The notes under the pieces were generated by a model, which saw only the letters and a program-made list of their open reading frames with translations, was not told the origin of the DNA and made no database searches. The translations under genes and the position numbers were made by a program. From positions 38,254,001 through 38,318,000 of the forward strand of contig OZ024740.1 of assembly GCA_964016885.1 (NCBI GenBank): a DNA stretch of 64,000 nt, given 5' to 3'. The stretch is from Eledone cirrhosa (lineage: Eukaryota). This document shows positions 30,001 through 39,308 of this stretch, piece by piece (positions within the stretch are counted from its first letter, which is position 1; each line of letters starts with the position of its first letter).

Positions 30001-33000
30001 CAGCTGACTAACTAGGTTTTGTTTACATTAATCCTAGCTCATCTTAAACATTATATAACAGATCAGATAGAAACAGTTGACTAACTAGGTTATGTTTACA
30101 TTAATCCTAGCTCATCTTATACATTATATAACAGATCAGGTACAAACAGTTGACTAACTAGGTTGTGTTTACATTAATCTTAGCTCATCTTATACATTAC
30201 ACTACAGATCATGTACAAACAGCTGACTAACTAGGTTGTGTTTACATTAATCCTAGCTGATCTTATACATTACACTACAGATGAGGTACAAACAGCTGAC
30301 TAACTAGGTTATTTTTATATTAATCCTAGCTCATCTTATACATTACACTACAGATCAGGTACAAACAGCTGACTAACTAGGTTGTGTTTACATTAATCCT
30401 AGCTGATCTTATACATTACACTACAGATGAGGTACAAACAGCTGACTAACTAGGTTATTTTTATATTAATCCTAGCTCATCTTATACATTACACTACAGA
30501 TCAGGTACAAACAGTTGACTAACTAGGTTGTGTTTACATTAATCTTAGCTCATCTTATACATTACACTACAGATCAGGTACAAACAGCTGACTAACTAGG
30601 TTATTTTTACATTAATCCTAGCTCATCTTATACATTACACTACAGATCAGGTACAAACAGTTGACTAACTAGGTTGTGTTTACATTAATCCTAGCTCACC
30701 TTATACATTACACTACAGATCAGGTACAAACAGCTGACTAACTAGGTTGTGTTTACATTAATCGTAGCTCATCTTATACATTACACTACAGATCAGGTAC
30801 AAACAGCTGACTAACTAGGTTATTTTTACATTAATCCTAGCTCATCTTATACATTACACTACAGATCAGGTACAAACAGTTGACTAACTAGGTTGTGTTT
30901 ACGTTAATCCTAGCTCATCTTATACATTACACTACAGATCAGGTACAAACAGCTGACTAACTAGGTTATTTTTACTTTAATCCTAGCTCATCTTATACAT
31001 TACACTACAGATCAGGTACAAACAGCTGACTAACTAGGTTGTTTTTACATTAATCCTAGCTCATCTTATACATTACACTACAGATCAGGTACAAACAGTT
31101 GACTAACTAGGTTGTGTTTACATTAATCCTAGCTCATCTTATACATTACACTACAGATCAGGTACAAACAGTTGACTAACTAGGTTGTGTTTACATTAAT
31201 CCTAGCTCATCTTATACATTACACTACAGATCAGGTACAAACAGTTGACTAACTAGGTTGTGTTTACATTAACCCTAGCTCATCTTATACATTACACTAC
31301 AGATCAGGTACAAACAGCTGACTAACTAGGTTATTTTTACATTAATCCTAGCTCATCTTATACATTACACTACATATCAGATACAAACAGTTGACTAACT
31401 AGGTTGTGTTTACATTAATCTTAGCTCATCTTATACATTACACTACAGATCAGGTACAAACAGCTGACTAACTACGTTATTTTTACATTAATCCTAGCTC
31501 ATCTTATACATTACACTACAGATCAGGTACAAACAGTTGACTAACTAGGTTGTGTTTACATTAATCCTAGCTCATCTTATACATTACACTACAGATCAGG
31601 TACAAACAGCTGACTAACTAGGTTGTGTTTACATTAATCCTAGCTCATCTTATACATTACACTACAGATCAGGTACAAACAGTTGACTAACTAGGTTGTG
31701 TTTACATTAATCCTAGCTCATCTTATACATTACACTACAGATCAGGTACAAACAGCTGACTAACTAGGTTATTTTTACTTTAATCCTAGCTCATTTTATA
31801 CATTACACTACAGATCAGGTACAAACAGCTGACTAACTAGGTTGTTTTTACATTAATCCTAGCTCATCTTATACATTACACTACAGATCAGGTACAAACA
31901 GCTGACTAACTAGGTTATTTTTACTTTAATCCTAGCTCATCTTATACATTACAATACAGATCAGGTACAAACAGCTAACTAACTAGGTTGTTTTTACATT
32001 AATCCTAGCTCATCTTATACATTACACTACAGATCAGGTACAAACAGTTGACTAACTAGGTTGTGTTTACATTAATCCTAGCTCATTTTATACATTACAC
32101 TACAGATCAGGTACAAACAGTTGACAAACTAGGTTGTGTTTACATTAATCCTAGCTCATCTTATACATTATATAACAGATCAGGTACAAACAGTTGACTA
32201 ACTAGGTTGTTTTTACATTAATCCTAGCTCATCTTATACATTACACTACAGATCAGGTACAAACAGCTGACTAACTAGGTTGTGTTTACATTAATCCTAG
32301 CTCATCTTATACATTACACTACAGATCAGGTACAAACAGCAGACTAACTAGGTTGTGTTTACATTAATACTAGCTCATCTTTAACATTACACTACAGATC
32401 AGGTACAAACAGTTGACTAACTAGGTTGTGTTTACATTAATCCTAGCTCATCTTATACATTACACTACAGATCAGGTACAAACAGCTGACTAACTACGTT
32501 ATTTTTACATTAATCCTAGCTCATCTTATACATTACACTACAGATCAGATACAAACAGTTGACTAACTAGGTTGTGTTTACATTAATCCTAGCTCATCTT
32601 ATACATTACACTACAGATCAGGTACAAACAGCTGACTAACTAGTTTATTTTTACATTAATCCTAGCTCATCTTATACATTACACTACAGATCAGGTACAA
32701 ACAGTTGACTAACTAGGTTGTGTTTACATTAATCCTAGCTCATCTTATACATTACACTACAGATCAGGTACAAACAGCTGACTAACTAGGTTGTGTTTAC
32801 ATTAATCCTAGCTCATCTTATACATTACACTACAGATCAGGTACAAACAGCTGACTAACTAGGTTATTTTTACATTAATCCTAGCTCATCCTATACATTA
32901 CACTACAGATCAGGTACAAACAGTTGACTAACTAGGTTGTGTTTACATTAATCCTAGCTCATCTTATACATTACACTACAGATCAGGTACAAACAGCTGA

Positions 33001-34765
33001 CTAACTAGGTTGTGTTTACATTAATCCTAGCTCATTTTATACATTACACTACAGATCAGGTACAAACAGTTGACTAACTAGGTTGTGTTTACATTAATCC
33101 TAGCTCATCTTAAACATTATATAACAGATCAGATACAAACAGTTGACTAACTAGGTTATGTTTACATTAATCCTAGCTCATCTTATACATTACACTACAG
33201 ATCAGGTACAAACAGTTGACTAACTACGTTGTGTTTACATTAATCCTAGCTCATCTTATACATTACACTACAGATCAGGTACAAACAGTTGACTATCTAG
33301 GTTGTGTTTACATTAATCCTAGCTCATCTTATACATTACACTACAGATCAGGTACAAACAGTTGACTAACTAGGTTGTGTTTACATTAAACCTAGCTCAT
33401 CTTATACATTACACTACAGATCAGGTACAAACAGTTGACTAACTAGGTTGTGTTTACATTAAACCTAGCTCATCATATACATTACACCACAGATCAGGTA
33501 CAAACAGTTGACTAACTAGGTTGTGTTTACATTAAACCTAGCTCATCTTATACATTACACTACAGATCAGGTACAAACAGTTGACTAACTAGGTTGTGTT
33601 TACATTAATCCTAGCTCATCTTATACATTACACTACAGATCAGGTACAAACAGCTGACTAACTAGGTTGTGTTTACATTAATCCTAGCTCATCTTATACA
33701 TTACACTACAGATCAGGTACAAACAGCTGACTAACTAGGTTGTGTTTACATTAATCCTAGCTCATCTTATACATTACACTACAAATCAGTTACAAACAGT
33801 TGACTAACTAGGTTGTGTTTACATTAATCCTAGCTCATCTTATACATTACACTACAGATCAGGTACAAACAGTTGACTAACTAGGTTGTGTTTACATTAA
33901 TCCTAGCTCATCTTATACATTACACTACAGATCAGGTACAAACAGTTGACTAACTAGGTTGTGTTTACATTAATCCTAGCTCATCTTATACATTACACTA
34001 CAGATCAGGTACAAACAGTTGACTAACTAGGTTGTGTTTACATTAATCCTAGCTCATCTTATACATTACACTACAGATCAGGTACAAACAGCTGACTAAC
34101 TAGGTTGTGTTTACATTAATCCTAGCTCATCTTATACATTACACTACAGATCAGGTACAAACAGCTGACTAACTAGGTTATTTTTACGTTAATCCTAGCT
34201 CATCTTATACATTACACTACAGATCAGGTACAAACAGCTGACTAACTAGGTTGTGTTTACATTAATCCTAGCTCATCTTATACATTACACTACAGATCAG
34301 GTACAAACAGTTGACTAACTAGCTTGTGTTTACATTAATCCTAGCTTATCTTATACATTACACTACAGATCAGGTACAAACAGTTGACTAACTAGGTTGT
34401 GTTTACATTAATCCTAGCTCATCTTATACATTACACTACAGATCATGTACAAACAGCTGACTAACTAGGTTGTGTTTACATTAATCCTAGCTCATCTTAT
34501 ACGTAACACTACAGATCATGTACAAACAGCTGACTAACTAGGTTGTGTTTACATTAATCCTAGCTCATCTTATACATTACACTACAGATCATGTACAAAC
34601 AGCTGACTAACTAGGTTGTGTTTACATTAATCCTAGCTCATCTTATACATTACACTACAGATCAGGTACAAACAGCTGACTAACTAGGTTGTGTTTACGT
34701 TAAATCTAGCTCATCTTATACATTACACTACAGATCAGGTACAAACAGCTGACTAACTAGGTTGT
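1..34765. repeat. 73-bp tandem satellite array, left arm (~476 monomers), truncated by the window start
   Basis: GYTGACTAAC recurs at 1, 74, 147, 220, 293 and onward (period 73). Monomers differ by only a few substitutions. The only length changes seen are 1-bp indels near 2508 (+A), 8975 (-C) and 17116 (-A). Confidence 0.99.
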
Positions 34766-34789
34766 CATCATCATCATCATCATCATCAC
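34766..34789. repeat. (CAT)7CAC microsatellite, the (ATG)n 3' tail of insert copy 1
   Basis: Read directly. Copy 2 has (CAT)6(CAC)2 at 37424-37447 and copy 3 has (CAT)7CAC at 38987-39010. Confidence 0.95.
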
Positions 34790-34799
34790 CGTTTTACAT

Positions 34800-34830
34800 C
34801 CGTTCTTCCATGCTAGCATGGGTTAGACGG
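34800..34830 (-). other. Stem-loop next to the tail, with a perfect 14-bp palindrome core CCATGCTAGCATGG (34808-34821)
   Basis: The palindrome is exact, and the outer arms CCGT(T)CT / AGACGG can extend the stem. It is identical in all three copies. Confidence 0.75.
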
Positions 34831-34937
34831 GTTGTCCTGTTGTGGGCAGTGTCTGGTCGGCTGACCATGCCTTGCTCATACAGGAACTGATTTGGCTTGA
34901 TTTATACAGCTGGATGCCCTTCCTAACACCAACCTCA

Positions 34938-35061
34938 TTTACAGTGAGTGCTGGGTGCTTTTTGTGGCGCCTACACATCCACTTTACAGTGTGGGCTGGG
35001 TGCTTTTTTGCAGTGGCACCTCCACGACCACCTTGCAGTGGGGCGTGTGGGGGCATATTGT
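34938..35061. repeat. Degenerate internal tandem repeat inside the insert (two 45-49-bp units plus a partial third)
   Basis: TTTACAGTGAGTGCTGGGTGCTTTTTGTGGCGCCTACACATCCAC (34938-34982) vs TTTACAGTGTGGGCTGGGTGCTTTTTTGCAGTGGCACCTCCACGACCAC (34983-35031), followed by the weaker CTTGCAGTGGGGCGTGTGGGGGCATATTGT. Confidence 0.85.
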
Positions 35062-35087
35062 CTATATGCTTCAGATTATACCAATGG

Positions 35088-37423
35088 GTTTACATTAATC
35101 CTAGCTCATCTTATACATTATATAACAGATCAGGTACAAAATGTTGACTAACTAGGTTGTGTTTACATTAATCCTAGCTCATCTTATACATTACACTACA
35201 GATCAGGTACAAACAGCTGACTAACTAGGTTGTGTTTACATTAATCCTAGCTCATCTTATACATTACACTACAGATCAGTTACAAACAGTTGACTAACTA
35301 GGTTGTGTTTACATTAATCCTAGCTCATCTTATACATTACACTACAGATCAGGTACAAACAGTTGACTAACTAGGTTGTGTTTACATTAATCCTAGCTCA
35401 TCTTATACATTACACTACAGATCAGGTACAAACAGTTGACTATCTAGGTTGTGTTTACATTAATCCTAGCTCATCTTATACATTACACTACAGATCAGGT
35501 ACAAACAGTTGACTAACTAGGTTGTGTTTACATTAAACCTAGCTCATCTTATACATTACACTACAGATCAGTTACAAACAGTTGACTAACTAGGTTGTGT
35601 TTACATTAAACCTAGCTCATCATATACATTACACCACAGATCAGGTACAAACAGTTGACTAACTAGGTTGTGTTTACATTAAACCTAGCTCATCTTATAC
35701 ATTACACTACAGATCAGGTACAAACAGTTGACTAACTAGGTTGTGTTTACATTAATCCTAGCTCATCTTATACATTACAGTACAGATCAGGTACAAACAG
35801 CTGACTAACTAGGTTGTGTTTACATTAATCCTAGCTCATCTTATACATTACACTACAGATCAGTTACAAACAGTTGACTAACTAGGTTGTGTTTACATTA
35901 ATCCTAGCTCATCTTATACATTACACTACAGATCAGGTACAAACAGTTGACTAACTAGGTTGTGTTTACATTAATCCTAGCTCATCTTATACGTTACACT
36001 ACAGATCAGGTACAAACAGTTGACTATCTAGGTTGTGTTTACATTAATCCTAGCTCATCTTATACATTACACTACAGATCAGGTACAAACAGTTGACTAA
36101 CTAGGTTGTGTTTACATTAATCCTAGCTCATCTTATACGTTACACTACAGATCAGGTACAAACAGTTGACTATCTAGGTTGTGTTTACATTAATCCTAGC
36201 TCATCTTATACATTACACTACAGATCAGGTACAAACAGTTGACTAACTAGGTTGTGTTTACATTAAACCTAGCTCATCTTATACATTACACTACAGATCA
36301 GGTACAAACAGTTGACTAACTAGGTTGTGTTTACATTAAACCTAGCTCATCATATACATTACACCACAGATCAGGTACAAACAGTTGACTAACTAGGTTG
36401 TGTTTACATTAAACCTAGCTCATCTTATACATTACACTACAGATCAGGTACAAACAGTTGACTAACTAGGTTGTGTTTACATTAATCCTAGCTCATCTTA
36501 TACATTACACTACAGATCAGGTACAAACAGCTGACTAACTAGATTGTGTTTACATTAATCCTAGCTCATCTTATACATTACACTACAGATCAGTTACAAA
36601 CAGTTGACTAACTAGGTTGTGTTTACATTAATCCTAGCTCATCTTATACATTACACTACAGATCAGGTACAAACAGTTGACTAACTAGGTTGTGTTTACA
36701 TTAATCCTAGCTCATCTTATACATTACACTACAGATCAGGTACAAACAGTTGACTAACTAGGTTGTGTTTACATTAATCCTAGCTCATCTTATACATTAC
36801 ACTACAGATCAGGTACAAACAGTTGACTAACTAGGTTGTGTTTACATTAAACCTAGCTCATCATATACATTACACCACAGATCAGGTACAAACAGTTGAC
36901 TAACTAGGTTGTGTTTACATTAAACCTAGCTCATCTTATACATTACACTACAGATCAGGTACAAACAGTTGACTAACTAGCTTGTGTTTACATTAATCCT
37001 AGCTTATCTTATACATTACACTACAGATCAGGTACAAACAGTTGACTAACTAGGTTGTGTTTACATTAATCCTAGCTCATCTTATACATTACACTACAGA
37101 TCATGTACAAACAGCTGACTAACTAGGTTGTGTTTACATTAATCCTAGCTCATCTTATACGTAACACTACAGATCATGTACAAACAGCTGACTAACTAGG
37201 TTGTGTTTACATTAATCCTAGCTCATCTTATACATTACACTACAGATCATGTACAAACAGCTGACTAACTAGGTTGTGTTTACATTAATCCTAGCTCATC
37301 TTATACATTACACTACAGATCAGGTACAAACAGCTGACTAACTAGGTTGTGTTTACGTTAAATCTAGCTCATCTTATACATTACACTACAGATCAGGTAC
37401 AAACAGCTGACTAACTAGGTTGT
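35088..37423. repeat. 73-bp satellite, exactly 32 monomer lengths between inserts 1 and 2
   Basis: 2336 bp = 32 x 73; same consensus and orientation. Confidence 0.98.
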
Positions 37424-37745
37424 CATCATCATCATCATCATCACCACCGTTTTACATCCGTTCTTCCATGCTAGCATGGGTTAGACGGGTTGTCCTGTTG
37501 TGGGCAGTGTCTGGTCGGCTGACCATGCCTTGCTCATACAGGAACTGATTTGGCTTGATTTATACAGCTGGATGCCCTTCCTAACACCAACCTCATTTAC
37601 AGTGAGTGCTGGGTGCTTTTTGTGGCGCCTACACATCCACTTTACAGTGTGGGCTGGGTGCTTTTTTGCAGTGGCACCTCCACGACCACCTTGCAGTGGG
37701 GCGTGTGGGGGCATATTGTCTATATGCTTCAGATTATACCAATGG
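37424..37745 (-). mobile_element. 322-bp insert, copy 2
   Basis: Same junctions as copy 1. The only difference I see is one CAT>CAC change in the tail. Confidence 0.75.
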
Positions 37746-38986
37746 GTTTACATTAATCCTAGCTCATCTCATACATTACACTACAGATCAGGTACAAACA
37801 GCTGACTAACTAGGTTGTGTTTACATTAATCCTAGCTCATCTTATACATTACACTACAGATCAGTTACAAACAGTTGACTAACTAGGTTGTGTTTACATT
37901 AATCCTAGCTCATCTTATACATTACACTACAGATCAGGTACAAACAGGTGACTAACTAGGTTGTGTTTACATTAATCCTAGCTCATCTTATACATTACAC
38001 TACAGATCAGGTACAAACAGTTGACTATCTAGGTTGTGTTTACATTAATCCTAGCTCATCTTATACATTACACTACAGATCAGGTACAAACAGTTGACTA
38101 ACTAGGTTGTGTTTACATTAAACCTAGCTCATCTTATACATTACACTACAGATCAGTTACAAACAGTTGACTAACTAGGTTGTGTTTACATTAATCCTAG
38201 CTCATCTTATACATTACACTACAGATCAGGTACAAACAGTTGACTAACTAGGTTGTGTTTACATTAATCCTAGCTCATCTTATACATTACACTACAGATC
38301 AGGTACAAACAGTTGACTAACTAGGTTGTGTTTACATTAATCCTAGCTCATCTTATACATTACACTACAGATCAGGTACAAACAGCTGACTAACTAGGTT
38401 GTTTTTACATTAATCCTAGCTCATCTTATACATTACACTACAGATCAGGTACAAACAGCTGACTAACTAGGTTGTTTTTACATTAATCCTAGCTCATCTT
38501 ATACATTACACTACAGATCAGGTACAAACAGCTGACTAACTAGGTTGTTTTTACATTAATCCTAGCTCATCTTATACATTACACTACAGATCAGGTACAA
38601 ACAGCTGACTAACTAGGGTGTTTTTACATTAATCCTAGCTCATCTTATACATTACACTACAGATCAGGTACAAACAGCTGACTAACTAGGTTGTTTTTAC
38701 ATTAATCCTAGCTCATCTTATACGTAACACTACAGATCATGTACAAACAGCTGACTAACTAGGTTGTGTTTACATTAATCCTAGCTCATCTTATACATTA
38801 CACTACAGATCATGTACAAACAGCTGAATAACTAGGTTGTGTTTACATTAATCCTAGCTCATCTTATACATTACACTACAGATCAGGTACAAATAGCTGA
38901 CTAACTAGGTTGTGTTTACGTTAAATCTAGCTCATCTCATTCATTACACTACAGATCAGGTACAAACAGCTGACTAACTAGGTTGT
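37746..38986. repeat. 73-bp satellite, exactly 17 monomer lengths between inserts 2 and 3
   Basis: 1241 bp = 17 x 73. Confidence 0.98.
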
Positions 38987-39308
38987 CATCATCATCATCA
39001 TCATCATCACCGTTTTAAATCCGTTCTTCCATGCTAGCATGGGTTAGACGGGTTGTCCTGTTGTGGGCAGTGTCTGGTCGGCTGACCATGCCTTGCTCAT
39101 ACAGGAACTGATTTGGCTTGATTTATACAGCTGGATGCCCTTCCTAACACCAACCTCATTTACAGTGAGTGCTGGGTGCTTTTTGTGGCGCCTACACATC
39201 CACTTTACAGTGTGGGCTGGGTGCTTTTTTGCAGTGGCACCTCAACGACCACCTTGCAGTGGGGGGTGTGGGGGCATATTGTCTATATGCTTCAGATTGT
39301 ACCAATGG
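38987..39308 (-). mobile_element. 322-bp insert, copy 3
   Basis: Same junctions. Four substitutions vs copy 1 (TTTTAAATC, CTCAACGA, GGGGGGTGTG, GATTGTACC). Confidence 0.75.

Larger units (their letters stand above)
34766..35087 (-). mobile_element. 322-bp insert, copy 1: probable 5'-truncated SINE / non-LTR retrotransposon 3' end
   Basis: Non-satellite, more GC-rich sequence interrupting a monomer between positions 18 and 19 (AGGTTGT|...|GTTTACATT). The minus strand ends in an (ATG)n tail preceded by the palindrome CCATGCTAGCATGG and contains GTTGGTGTTAGGAAGGGCATCCAGCTG, which I recall as resembling the V-SINE central domain and abundant cephalopod repeats (memory, not a search). No pol III A/B boxes are visible at the 5' end. 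Confidence 0.75.

Noticed and set aside
34766-34789. (CAT)nCAC resembling a synthetic His-tag or vector contamination
   Set aside because: Not within a listed ORF, no vector context, varies between copies, and better explained as an (ATG)n retroelement tail.
34765-35087. Helitron interpretation of the insert (5' TC, subterminal hairpin, no TSD)
   Set aside because: No 3' CTRR terminus and the target is not an A|T dinucleotide; the tandem tail plus adjacent stem-loop fits a non-LTR element better.
34823-35151. ORFs of 67-101 aa overlapping insert 1 (and equivalents at 37481-37809 and 39063-39372)
   Set aside because: Short, overlapping on both strands, the + strand ones start at GTG and run into satellite sequence, and none has a recognisable domain. 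The repeated KKHPA motif simply reflects the internal DNA repeat.
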